Both the position numbers and the translations under genes were made by a program. Positions 9,047 to 18,484 of a stretch of 30,830 bases of DNA are shown here, one piece after another. The notes below the pieces were generated by a model. It was given only the letters and a program-made list of their open reading frames with translations. It had not been told where the DNA came from and searched no databases. The stretch spans positions 1-30,830 of the forward strand of contig JBGQJI010000012.1 in NCBI GenBank assembly GCA_041498975.1, given 5' to 3'. Within the stretch, counting starts at the first letter, position 1. The number at the start of each line of letters is the position of its first letter. The stretch comes from Candidatus Methylomirabilis sp. GTDB taxonomy: Bacteria; Methylomirabilota; Methylomirabilia; Methylomirabilales; Methylomirabilaceae.

Positions 9047-9823
9047 ATGAAGATCGATCTGAATAGCGACATGGGCGAGAGCTACGGGGCCTGGAAGTTG
9101 GGAGATGATGAGGCCCTGATGCCGCACATCACCTCGGCCAGCATCGCCTGTGGATGGCACGCGGGCGACCCGGGCGTGATGCGCGCAACGCTGAGGCTGG
9201 CGAAGAGACACGGCGTTCGTGTCGGGGCACATCCCGGCTATCCCGACCTGCTCGGCTTCGGCCGGCGACCGATGCAGCTCTCGCCCGGCGAGGCGAGAGA
9301 TTATACCCTCTACCAGATCGGCGCGCTGGCCGCCTTCGCCAAGGCCGAGGGGGTTCGATTACAGCACGTCAAACCTCACGGTGGACTCTATAACCTGGCG
9401 GCCAGGGACCAGGCGATTTCGAAAGCCATTGCGGAGGCAGTTGCCGAAGCCGATCCTACGCTCATCCTGGTTGGCCCCCCGGAGTCTGAGCTGGTGAAGG
9501 CGGCGCAGGAGGCGGGGCTGAAAGTGGCGAGGGAGGGATTTGGCGATCGAGCCTATAACGAGGATGGAAGCCTGGTCTCTCGACAACTGCGTGGGGCGCT
9601 TGTCACTGATCCCGAAACCGTCGCTGATCGGGTCCTGATGATGCTGGAGGGGAAGGTGACAGCCATCACCGGCCGGGTCCTCACCACTTCCATCGACAGC
9701 ATCTGTCTGCATGGCGACACGCCAGGGGTGCCTGCGATCGCGAGACGGCTGCGGGAACGGCTGGCGGAAACAGGCGTGAACGTTGTCCCGTTGGAGGAGG
9801 TCCTTGGCGGTCAGGTTTCTTGA
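9047..9823 (+). CDS. pxpA: 5-oxoprolinase subunit A (LamB/YcsF family)
   Basis: IDLNSDMGES, IACGWHAGDP, GAHPGYPD..GFGRR, HVKPHGGLYN, DRAY and SICLHGD. Confidence 0.96.
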   Translation: MKIDLNSDMGESYGAWKLGDDEALMPHITSASIACGWHAGDPGVMRATLRLAKRHGVRVGAHPGYPDLLGFGRRPMQLSPGEARDYTLYQIGALAAFAKAEGVRLQHVKPHGGLYNLAARDQAISKAIAEAVAEADPTLILVGPPESELVKAAQEAGLKVAREGFGDRAYNEDGSLVSRQLRGALVTDPETVADRVLMMLEGKVTAITGRVLTTSIDSICLHGDTPGVPAIARRLRERLAETGVNVVPLEEVLGGQVS

Positions 9824-10490
9824 TGCGGGCGAGAGCTGCCTGGTGGTGGAGCTGGGCGATCGGATCGACATCGCGTTGAACCTGCACGTCCGCGCCCTCT
9901 GTCTGGCCGTCGAACGAGCCACGCTCCCGGGGGTTCAGGAGGCCGTACCCACCTATCGATCGTTGGCGATTTACTACGATCCGCTCGCGATCGACCGGGA
10001 TGTCCTAAAGGATCGTATCAGCGGCCTTCTGGGCTCGTCCGGAGGGGAGGGCGGGCAGCGGCCAAAGCTGGTGGAGATCCCGACCGTCTATGGGGGCGAA
10101 TACGGGCCCGACCTGGAGTTCGTCGGCCGCCACACCGGCCTCCCCCAGGATGACGTGGTTCGCCTGCATGCAGCGCCGCTCTATCATGTCTACATGCTGG
10201 GCTTTACGGCGGGATTCGCCTACCTGGGCGAGTTGTCACAGCGGCTTTCGGTCCCTCGCCTTTCCACACCGCGGTTGAGAGTGCCGGCCGGCTCGGTCGG
10301 GATCGCCGGGACGCAGACCGGCGTCTATCCTCTGGAGAGCCCTGGCGGATGGCATATCATCGGCCGTACCTCCCTTCGTCTCTTCGATGCCGCCCGGAAG
10401 GCGCCGACCCCGATTTCGCCGGGCGACAAGGTCCGCTTCGTACGGATCGAAGAGCGCGAGTACCTGAAGGCGGCGGGTGGAAGCCCTTGA
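9804..10490 (+). CDS. pxpB: 5-oxoprolinase subunit B (KipI/AHS1)
   Basis: VPTYRSL, YGGEYGPDL, YMLGFTAGFAYLG and GVYPLESPGGWHIIGRT. TTG start at 9804 after GGAGG. Confidence 0.95.
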   Translation: MAVRFLDAGESCLVVELGDRIDIALNLHVRALCLAVERATLPGVQEAVPTYRSLAIYYDPLAIDRDVLKDRISGLLGSSGGEGGQRPKLVEIPTVYGGEYGPDLEFVGRHTGLPQDDVVRLHAAPLYHVYMLGFTAGFAYLGELSQRLSVPRLSTPRLRVPAGSVGIAGTQTGVYPLESPGGWHIIGRTSLRLFDAARKAPTPISPGDKVRFVRIEEREYLKAAGGSP

Positions 10491-11565
10491 GGTCGTCAGA
10501 CCAGGATTGCTGACTACCGTTCAGGATCTTGGACGGTTCGGGTATCACAAATATGGAGTGCCGACCTCCGGCGCGATGGATCAAGCAGCATACAGGACCG
10601 CCAACCTGCTGGTCGATAACGAAGAGGGGGCGGCGGCGCTGGAGGTGACGGGCGAGGGGCCCGCTCTCCGCGCGCGTGCCGATCTGACCGTCGCCATCGT
10701 CGGGGCCGAGATGGAGCCGCTTGTCAACGGCAGGCCGGTCGAGTCCGATGCGGCAATCGATATCCGGAGCGGCCAGCTTCTTGAGTTGGGGCGAGCCAGG
10801 CGGGGACTGCGCGCCTATCTCGCTGTTGCCGGAGGGATCGACGTCCCACCCATGCTCGGCAGCCGCTCTACCTGTCTCCCAGCGGCATTCGGAGGCTTTC
10901 ACGGTCGAGCTTTGCGTGAGGGTGATCTCCTGCCGGTTGGCCAGGCCGGGACGCGACGCCTCCCGGTCGCAGGCCGCCGCCTCCCACCGGGATGGTGGGA
11001 CGCTGTAGGTGACGTGCTCACGCTACGCGTCATCCTTGGGCCACAGGACGATCAGTTCACAGGCGAGGGGATTCAGGCCTTCCTGGCCGGAACCTATCGG
11101 GTGATGCCGGAGATGGACCGAATGGGTGTCCGGTTACAGGGTCCGCCGATCGCTCATCGGGCAGGCGCGGACATCATCTCCGATTCGACCCCCTTGGGCG
11201 CGGTGCAGGTCCCGGCCGATGGCCAGCCGATCATCTTGCTGGCGGACCGCCAGACGACCGGCGGCTACACGAAAATTGCAGTGGTCATCGGAGAGGATGC
11301 CTATCGGCTGGCCCAGGCCATGCCGGGTCAGGCCGTCCGCTTCTGTCGGATCTCGATGCCAGAGGCGCGCGATGCCCGGAGGGCCTACGAGGGAAAGTTC
11401 CTGGCGTTGCGGGGTGGCTGGCCGCGGTGGCGAGATAGGCAGAACTATACGCTCACCCTCGGCGGGCAATCGTATCGGATCGGCGTGGAAGAAGGAATGG
11501 GGAAGTACCGGGTCAGTCTTGACGGGCGGACGGTAAGGCAATCCGAGGAAGGGGAGCCGCGGTGA
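10477..11565 (+). CDS. pxpC: 5-oxoprolinase subunit C (KipA/AHS2) with a short C-terminal extension
   Basis: TTVQDLGR.G, GAMD..ANLL, YLAVAGG, LGSRST, DRMG.RL and GAVQVPADGQPIILLADRQTTGGYTKI. Confidence 0.95.
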   Translation: MEALEVVRPGLLTTVQDLGRFGYHKYGVPTSGAMDQAAYRTANLLVDNEEGAAALEVTGEGPALRARADLTVAIVGAEMEPLVNGRPVESDAAIDIRSGQLLELGRARRGLRAYLAVAGGIDVPPMLGSRSTCLPAAFGGFHGRALREGDLLPVGQAGTRRLPVAGRRLPPGWWDAVGDVLTLRVILGPQDDQFTGEGIQAFLAGTYRVMPEMDRMGVRLQGPPIAHRAGADIISDSTPLGAVQVPADGQPIILLADRQTTGGYTKIAVVIGEDAYRLAQAMPGQAVRFCRISMPEARDARRAYEGKFLALRGGWPRWRDRQNYTLTLGGQSYRIGVEEGMGKYRVSLDGRTVRQSEEGEPR

Positions 11566-12008
11566 CTCAGCGTCGATGGGTGGATGGAGTGAAGCGGGTC
11601 GTGCTGGTCAGTGGTCTGGCACTCGCACTTTCAGCGTGCGCGACCTGGCGGATCGAACCGACGTCACCCGGCCCGGGCGTGCCGGTCATCTCGAACCTCC
11701 GGATCGAACCGGAGAAGGTCAGGGTCGGGGAAGACGTGAGACTCAGCTTCGACTTCGAAGATACTGACGCCGACATCACCGAAGCCCACATCTTCCCTTC
11801 CGAGGTTCGGGAGTGGGTCTATACACAAGCGCTTGCGGCGACTGTCCTGGATCTTAGAGGTGAGAAGTTCGGGCAGGCGATCGGCAGGGTCGAGGCGATC
11901 TTCAAGTGGGAAACCGAAGGGATCCGGGTCTTCGAGGTCTTCGTCGTGGACGAGCTGGGTCACACGAGCAACAAGTTGCGGGCCCGTGTCACCGTCAGGC
12001 TCCAATGA
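11562..12008 (+). CDS. Lipoprotein of unknown function (beta-rich, Ig-like)
   Basis: Lipobox LALSA-C. Start overlaps the pxpC stop (GTGA) and its stop overlaps the next start (ATGA). Confidence 0.8.
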   Translation: MTQRRWVDGVKRVVLVSGLALALSACATWRIEPTSPGPGVPVISNLRIEPEKVRVGEDVRLSFDFEDTDADITEAHIFPSEVREWVYTQALAATVLDLRGEKFGQAIGRVEAIFKWETEGIRVFEVFVVDELGHTSNKLRARVTVRLQ

Positions 12009-13015
12009 GGGTGGGGCCTTCTCAGATCTCGGAGACGATCGATCGGATCTGCCTGCTCGGCGAGACGGGGTCAACGAGCCGCGCACGAGACCTCTCCAGA
12101 CTGTACCAGGCTGCCCGGAGCCTGGCCGTGGAGCCGCTCTGTGCGGCGGCGGCCAGACGACTCGAGGCGGCCCTTCGCCCCGGAGCGGCCGTCCTCCTGC
12201 TGACCGGCGCCGGCGCGGCGCCCGCCTTGCCGCGCGGCGAGACCGACGGCCCGCTCGGAGCCGCGGTCCTCGCCCGAGGGCTCGCCCTGGCCTTCGGTGT
12301 GCGTCCGTTCTTGGTGGCGGAGGCCAGGTTCCGGAGACCGATCATGGCGACGCTGGATGCGCTGGCTGACGGCTCCCGGAACGCGGGCTGGCGGCGGGCT
12401 GTCCGTTACGCGCCGTTCCCGCTTCGCCGCGACCGGGCCGGCCTGGCTGCCACGGCCCTGTGGGATCGCGTCAAGCCCGCGGCAGTGATCTCGATCGAGC
12501 GATTGGGGCCGAACGATCTGGGGATCACCCACAACGCGATCGGAGAGGATGTAAGCAGCACCCACGCGGGCGTCGAAGCCCTCTTCGCGCTGGCCCGGCG
12601 ACGCAGGGTCCTGACCATCGGCGTGGGGGACAGGGGAAACGAACTCGGCTTCGGCAGGGTCATGCGCCGCCGGCTGAGGATCCCGGCCATGTCCCGTCGC
12701 TGCGCCTGTCCCTGTCGCTCGCCGATTGCGTGCGCGATCCCAGCCGATCTGGTCGTTGTCTCATCTGTGTCCAACTGGGGCGCCTATGCCATAGTCGCCG
12801 GGCTTGCGCTCGGGTTGGGCGATCCCCGGCTCCTCCATCGCCCCATAGACGAGGCCAGGATGCTGAAAGCCTGTGTGCTGGCGGGTGCCAGGGATGGGCT
12901 CTCTGGGCGGCGCGAACTGACCGTGGATGGCCTGCCGCTGCCGATGCAGCGCGATGTGGTGACGCTCCTCAGGGAAGCCCTGGCCCGGATGCGGCCTAGC
13001 GTTGCCGAGCGGTGA
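12005..13015 (+). CDS. DUF4392 / D-glutamate cyclase-like protein
   Basis: ETDGPLGA, IERLG, TIGVGDRGNELG.G, VSNWGAY and GARDG motifs typical of DUF4392; located next to pxpABC. Confidence 0.88.
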   Translation: MRVGPSQISETIDRICLLGETGSTSRARDLSRLYQAARSLAVEPLCAAAARRLEAALRPGAAVLLLTGAGAAPALPRGETDGPLGAAVLARGLALAFGVRPFLVAEARFRRPIMATLDALADGSRNAGWRRAVRYAPFPLRRDRAGLAATALWDRVKPAAVISIERLGPNDLGITHNAIGEDVSSTHAGVEALFALARRRRVLTIGVGDRGNELGFGRVMRRRLRIPAMSRRCACPCRSPIACAIPADLVVVSSVSNWGAYAIVAGLALGLGDPRLLHRPIDEARMLKACVLAGARDGLSGRRELTVDGLPLPMQRDVVTLLREALARMRPSVAER

Positions 13016-13153
13016 TCGGGCAGGGTGAGTCCTCGCCACGAGATACGCCAGATCGACATTCCTTCACGCCCTGCCCATTGACATTTCAAGGCAAGTGATC
13101 TAGTGTACGGCTGCTCTACGGGTGCATTCCGCCACAGAGGAGAAGCCAACCGG

Positions 13154-14152
13154 ATGCCGCAGCTTCGGAAAGACCCGATCACCTCGCGGTGGGTCATCAT
13201 CTCGACGGAACGAGGGAAGCGCCCCTCGGACTTTGCGATCGCGCCGCCGCCGAAGAAATTGGGTTTCTGCCCATTCTGTCCAGGGCACGAGGACAAGACC
13301 CCCCCCGAGATCATGGCCTACCGCAAGGACGGCAGCCCGCCCAATCGAGAGGGGTGGCGCCTTCGGGTGGTGCCGAACAAGTTCCCCGCGCTTCAGATCG
13401 AAGGAGAGCTGGATCGGCAGGGCGAAGGGATCTACGACAAGATGAACGGAATCGGCGCCCACGAGGTCATCATCGAATCGCCAGACCATGATGATGTTCT
13501 CTCTGACATGCCTGAGGAACGAGTCGAGGATGTCCTGTGGGCGTACCGGGATCGGATCCTCGATCTCAAGAAAGATGATCGGTTCCGCTACATCCTGATC
13601 TTCAAGAATCATGGCGAGCAAGCCGGGGCATCGCTGGAGCACCCCCACTCCCAGCTCATTGCGACCCCCATCGTCCCCAAGCGCGCGAGAGAAGAGGTGG
13701 ACGGGGCCAAGGCCTATTTCGATTACAAGGATCGATGTATCTACTGCGACATCGTCCGGCAGGAGCTGCAGCAGGAGATCAGGGTGATCGCGCTGAACGA
13801 CGAGTTCGTCGCAATCGCGCCCTTTGCGTCGCGCTTTCCGTTCGAGAGCTGGATCCTCCCTAGGAGCCATGAACCGTTCTTCCAGGACGCGCAGAAACAC
13901 GACATGGTAAGCTGCTCCCGGATCTTGAAAGAGGTCCTTGGCAGGATGAACCGGCTGCTGACGGACCCGCCCTACAATTACTTGATTCATAGTTCGCCCT
14001 TGCAGGAAAAAGAGGTGGATCATTATCACTGGCATCTCGAAATCATGCCGACGCTCACCAAGGTCGCCGGGTTCGAGTGGGGAAGCGGCTTTTACATCAA
14101 TCCCGTCCTGCCGGAAGATGCGGCCAAGTACCTCCGAGAGGCGCGGCCGTAG
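13154..14152 (+). CDS. galT: Galactose-1-phosphate uridylyltransferase family protein (HIT/GalT-like)
   Basis: LRKDP..WVII, CPFCPG, RVVPNKFPAL, GAHEVIIE, catalytic GASLEHPHSQ and HWHLEI.P. Confidence 0.9.
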   Translation: MPQLRKDPITSRWVIISTERGKRPSDFAIAPPPKKLGFCPFCPGHEDKTPPEIMAYRKDGSPPNREGWRLRVVPNKFPALQIEGELDRQGEGIYDKMNGIGAHEVIIESPDHDDVLSDMPEERVEDVLWAYRDRILDLKKDDRFRYILIFKNHGEQAGASLEHPHSQLIATPIVPKRAREEVDGAKAYFDYKDRCIYCDIVRQELQQEIRVIALNDEFVAIAPFASRFPFESWILPRSHEPFFQDAQKHDMVSCSRILKEVLGRMNRLLTDPPYNYLIHSSPLQEKEVDHYHWHLEIMPTLTKVAGFEWGSGFYINPVLPEDAAKYLREARP

Positions 14153-14153
14153 C

Positions 14154-14201
14154 TGCATAAAAACAGGTCAGGGAGGGGAGAGGGTGCGCAAAGCTTCGGC
14201 A
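14154..14201 (+). promoter_or_regulatory. Pair of NtrC-like enhancer boxes
   Basis: TGCATAAAAACAGGTCA (14154-14170) and TGCGCAAAGCTTCGGCA (14185-14201) resemble TGCACCAAAATGGTGCA. They are 31 bp apart and about 105-150 bp upstream of the -24 element. A weaker third box is at 14261-14277. Confidence 0.55.
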
Positions 14202-14303
14202 GTACGGTGATCCCCCCGACCAGGAAGGTGGCTGAGCGCGCCCCAAGGCTGCGTGTTTGGCGGACCAAAAGAGCGCTGGCGTACAGTTGAAGTATCCGAT
14301 ATC

Positions 14304-14320
14304 TTGGCATACGACTTGCT
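14304..14320 (+). promoter_or_regulatory. Sigma-54 (-24/-12) promoter of glnB-glnA
   Basis: TTGGCATACGACTTGCT: GG at 14306-07 and GC at 14318-19 with the exact 10-nt spacing. Confidence 0.85.
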
Positions 14321-14371
14321 TTTCAAACGTGGCAGAGGTGAAGGCTGACATCGTTTTAGGGCCTGGACTAG

Positions 14372-14764
<393 letters not shown>

Positions 14765-14967
14765 CGGGGCGCTCCAGGTGGATTCCTGGCGATCCACGGA
14801 CCCTTGAAGAACCCCCCAGAAAGCTGTGGGTTCTTCGAAGCGAACGGAACCTAAACGATCTGTATTCGCGCACCTCGACTCCCCAGCGAGCTGGGGAGAT
14901 TGCGGCGCGCTAGGCGTGTTCAATGGCGAACTGTTCGACTCGATAAGATAAGGAGGAAACAGGTCCT

Positions 14968-16383
14968 ATGACACCAAAGGATGCCATCAAGCTGGCGAAG
15001 GAGCGGGGCGCGAAGATCGTTGACCTCAGGTTCATTGACCTGCCCGGCCTGTGGCAGCATTTCTCGATACCGGTGCGGGAGTTAACGGAGGAACTATTCG
15101 CCGACGGGATTGGCTTCGACGGCTCTTCTATTCGAGGCTTTCAGCAGATCCATGAGTCGGACATGCTCCTGATCCCTGATCCGGCGAGCGCGGCCATGGA
15201 CCCGTTCCTGTCGGTGCCCACCATGGTCGTGATCTGCAACGTCATGGATCCGGTGACGCGACAACTGTACACCCGGGACCCGCGGTACATCGCGCAGAAG
15301 GCCGAGGCATACCTCAAGTCAACCGCGATTGCGGATACCTCCTATTTCGGGCCCGAGCTGGAGTTCTTTTTCTTCGACGACATCAGGTTCGACCAGAGCT
15401 ACCAGCATGGCTACTACTTCATCGACTCCGAGGCGGGGTTCTGGAACTCGGGGCGGGACGAGAAGCCGAACCTCGGCTACAAGCCCCGCTATAAGCAGGG
15501 GTACTTCCCGGTGCCCCCCATGGACAAGTTCCAGGATATCCGCTCTGAGATGGTCCTGGCGCTGGAGTCGGTGGGGGTTCCGGTGGAGGTCCACCACCAC
15601 GAAGTGGCCACGGGCGGCCAGACAGAGGTGGACATGCGGTACGGCACCCTCACCCGGATGGCCGACAGCGTCCTGTGGTACAAGTACTGCGCCAAGAACA
15701 CCGCCCGCAAGCATGGCAAGACGGCCACCTTCATGCCCAAGCCGCTCTTCCAGGACAACGGCTCCGGTATGCACGTCCACCAGAGCCTTTGGAAAGGCGG
15801 CAAGAACATCTTCTGGGAACTCGGCGGCTACGGGGATATCTCCTCTGCGGCGCTCTACTACATCGGGGGTCTGCTGAAGCATGCCCCCGCCCTGTGCGCC
15901 CTCATCGCCCCGACCACCAATTCCTATAGGCGGCTGGTTCCCGGCTACGAGGCGCCGATCAACCTAGTCTACAGCCAGCGGAACCGCTCGGCGTGCGCGA
16001 GGATTCCCGTCTATTCCAAGAGCGAAGGGGCCAAGCGGATCGAGTTCCGGACCCCCGATCCGAGCTGCAATCCCTACCTGGCGTTCAGCGCCATGCTCAT
16101 GGCGGGCCTCGACGGGATCCAGAAGAAGATCGATCCTGGCCAGCCGATCGATAAAGACCTGTACGAACTCGAGCCGGAGGAGGCGAAAGGGATCAAGCAG
16201 TTGCCGGGGAGTCTGGAAGAGGTCTTGGATGCCCTGGAGGCCGATCATCAGTTCCTGCTGAAGGGCGACGTCTTCACCCAGGATGCGATCGACACCTGGA
16301 TCGAGTACAAGCGGAAGAACGAGGTCGATCCGATCCGCCTCCGCCCCCACCCGTGGGAGTTCGCCCTCTACTTCGACATCTAA
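14968..16383 (+). CDS. glnA: Glutamine synthetase type I (GSI-beta)
   Basis: [60 protein letters not shown] and adenylylation-site DKDLYEL. RBS AAGGAGG. Confidence 0.98.
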   Translation: MTPKDAIKLAKERGAKIVDLRFIDLPGLWQHFSIPVRELTEELFADGIGFDGSSIRGFQQIHESDMLLIPDPASAAMDPFLSVPTMVVICNVMDPVTRQLYTRDPRYIAQKAEAYLKSTAIADTSYFGPELEFFFFDDIRFDQSYQHGYYFIDSEAGFWNSGRDEKPNLGYKPRYKQGYFPVPPMDKFQDIRSEMVLALESVGVPVEVHHHEVATGGQTEVDMRYGTLTRMADSVLWYKYCAKNTARKHGKTATFMPKPLFQDNGSGMHVHQSLWKGGKNIFWELGGYGDISSAALYYIGGLLKHAPALCALIAPTTNSYRRLVPGYEAPINLVYSQRNRSACARIPVYSKSEGAKRIEFRTPDPSCNPYLAFSAMLMAGLDGIQKKIDPGQPIDKDLYELEPEEAKGIKQLPGSLEEVLDALEADHQFLLKGDVFTQDAIDTWIEYKRKNEVDPIRLRPHPWEFALYFDI

Positions 16384-16407
16384 ACCACTCTGTAGCTACT
16401 GACGCCG

Positions 16408-16444
16408 AAACGGCTCCGGATTACCTCCGGGGCCGTTTTGCTTT
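16408..16444 (+). terminator. Rho-independent terminator of glnB-glnA
   Basis: AAACGGCTCCGGA-TTACC-TCCGGGGCCGTTT followed by TGCTTT. Confidence 0.8.
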
Positions 16445-16593
16445 ACCGCTGGACAATCCAAAATCGCTTGTTATCGCTTTCGGATTATGGTAAGGGTTGG
16501 GCCGATTGTGGAAGATCCATTCCGGGATTGCGACAGTAAGTTCGTGTAAAGGTTCGGGTCTTCATTTGGAAGGAGACAAAGGGGGTGTCGGTA

Positions 16594-17781
16594 ATGAGAC
16601 AAGGTCTCGGGAAACGCCGACCAGGAGTGTCGTGGCCCATCGTCTCGCTTGTCCTGTTGGTGCTTTTCGTGGTTCCGGACGCGTTTGCACAGACGATTAC
16701 GGCCGAAGGTGTGGCGGCGATCACCGGCAACGTGACGATTGCCCGCGAGAAGGCGATCGATGACGCCCTCCGTCGCGCGGTGGAGCAAGCGGTCGGAACG
16801 CTAATCTCCTCCGACACCATGACCAATAACTTCCAGGTGGTCCACGACAAGATCCTGGCCCAGACGTCCGGCTATGTGAAGAATTATCAGATCGTGAAGG
16901 AAGAGCGGGTTGGTCAGGAGTTCCGTGTCACTGTCATGGCCGAGGTTGGGCGAGAGAACCTTCAGCGGACCCTGGAAGCACTGGGACTGATCCAGGTGCT
17001 AAAGGAGAAGCCGAAGGTCATGGTCATCATCGAGGAGCAGGTGGGAGGGCTCTTCGGGACCACCGAGTGGAGAAATGTCGGTCAGGCCGAGTCCACGATC
17101 GTGGACCGGCTGATGGCCGCGGGCTTCAGCGTCGTGGATCCGGCCATGGTCCGGACCAACACATCTCGCGAGAAGGCAATCCTGCTGCTAGAGGGAGACG
17201 AGAAGGCCGCTGTCGCAGCCAGCATTCAGTACGGAGCTCAGGTGATGATCACAGGCCGGGCTTTCTCCAAGAATGCGGGTGGCAGGCTGCTTGGAACACA
17301 GATCCAGTCGATACAGGCTACCTTGCAAGCGAGGGTGTATCGAGCCGACGATGGCCGCATCATCTCGTCACGCAGCGAGCAGGCGACCAAAGCCCACATC
17401 GACGAAATGCAGGGCGGGGCCCTCGCCATTAAAGAGGCGAGCGAGAAGCTGTCTGACGCCTTGATCAAGGACATCTTGGACAGTTGGAAGAAGGAGGTCT
17501 ACGGCCGATCCCAGGAAATCACCCTCGTCATCTCCGGCCTGGTTTCCTACCAAGACTTGACGGCTGTCAAGAAGTTCCTGGAGAACGACCTGCAAGGGGT
17601 CAAGGCGGTCCACCAGCGTAACTTCACCCAGGGCACGGCAGAACTCCAGCTCGACTATGGCGGGAAGACCAGTTTTATTGCCGATGAGCTGGCGTCCAAG
17701 CGGTTCACCGGCTTTCGCCTCGAACCGATTAATGTGACCGCGAACCGGCTTGATCTCCGCGTCGTGATCCTGCGGAAGTGA
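16594..17781 (+). CDS. Exported protein with FlgT N-terminal-like domain and a CsgG/TolB-N-like middle domain
   Basis: Signal peptide ending AFA-Q. AEG.A..AREKAIDDALRRAVEQAVG..I.S.T...N......I...TSGYV..Y.I..E....F.V.V.AEV is the FlgT_N pattern, followed by KPKVMVIIEE..GF.VVD..GAQVMITG. Confidence 0.78.
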   Translation: MRQGLGKRRPGVSWPIVSLVLLVLFVVPDAFAQTITAEGVAAITGNVTIAREKAIDDALRRAVEQAVGTLISSDTMTNNFQVVHDKILAQTSGYVKNYQIVKEERVGQEFRVTVMAEVGRENLQRTLEALGLIQVLKEKPKVMVIIEEQVGGLFGTTEWRNVGQAESTIVDRLMAAGFSVVDPAMVRTNTSREKAILLLEGDEKAAVAASIQYGAQVMITGRAFSKNAGGRLLGTQIQSIQATLQARVYRADDGRIISSRSEQATKAHIDEMQGGALAIKEASEKLSDALIKDILDSWKKEVYGRSQEITLVISGLVSYQDLTAVKKFLENDLQGVKAVHQRNFTQGTAELQLDYGGKTSFIADELASKRFTGFRLEPINVTANRLDLRVVILRK

Positions 17782-17833
17782 ATCGGGCTTCGTATAGGTC
17801 GGTCACTCGCCGATGGGTAAGGGGTGATCAGTG

Positions 17834-18331
17834 ATGAGAGCTCAGATCCGAACGGGTATTATGATGTGTCTCGTCGCAGTAGCACTCCTCTTGGCATATT
17901 CGAGTGAGGATGCGGCATCGGCCACTCTCGACCAGCATGCCTCGGAATCTGAGGCCGCCTATGATCAGGAATCTTCGCAAGGACGCCCGGTGAATTGGGG
18001 GGCGGTCTGGGGAGCGGTGCGGGAGTTTGAGGCACAGACCTACGCGCGCGTTCGTCCCCGGCAGTTCTCGATCGAGATCGCGATGCCTCAACCCTGGCAC
18101 TACATGCAGAGCGCTCCGGTGTTTGCGGCGAACCCGCCCAGCTCTATGACGCCAGGCTACGACGGTTATTCTTACGGCCCCATTTATCCCTATGCTCCTC
18201 CGTACGCCGGCTGGTGGGGTCTATCGCCCTGGCTTCACAGGTGGAGCACGATCTCTTTCAGCCAACACCACCGGCACCACGTAGGAGGGCATGGAGGGCA
18301 TCATGGGGCCAGAGGCCACCACCATCGCTAG
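17834..18331 (+). CDS. Small exported protein with Tyr/Pro-rich segment and His/Gly-rich C-terminus
   Basis: Hydrophobic N-terminal signal; YGPIYPYAPPYAGWWG; C-terminus HHRHHVGGHGGHHGARGHHHR. Confidence 0.65.
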   Translation: MRAQIRTGIMMCLVAVALLLAYSSEDAASATLDQHASESEAAYDQESSQGRPVNWGAVWGAVREFEAQTYARVRPRQFSIEIAMPQPWHYMQSAPVFAANPPSSMTPGYDGYSYGPIYPYAPPYAGWWGLSPWLHRWSTISFSQHHRHHVGGHGGHHGARGHHHR

Positions 18332-18484
18332 TTAGCATCCAATGATCGCTCTGGCCCGTCTCCTGACGGTGGGTGTCTGGCCTCTTCCGGATCTGGTGTT
18401 TCGAGGACTGCGGGGGTGAGGAAGGAATCGGTTGGAAAAGCAAGGCTGACCACCAGGGGAGACGACGCTTGCGGGAGGTTTGTC

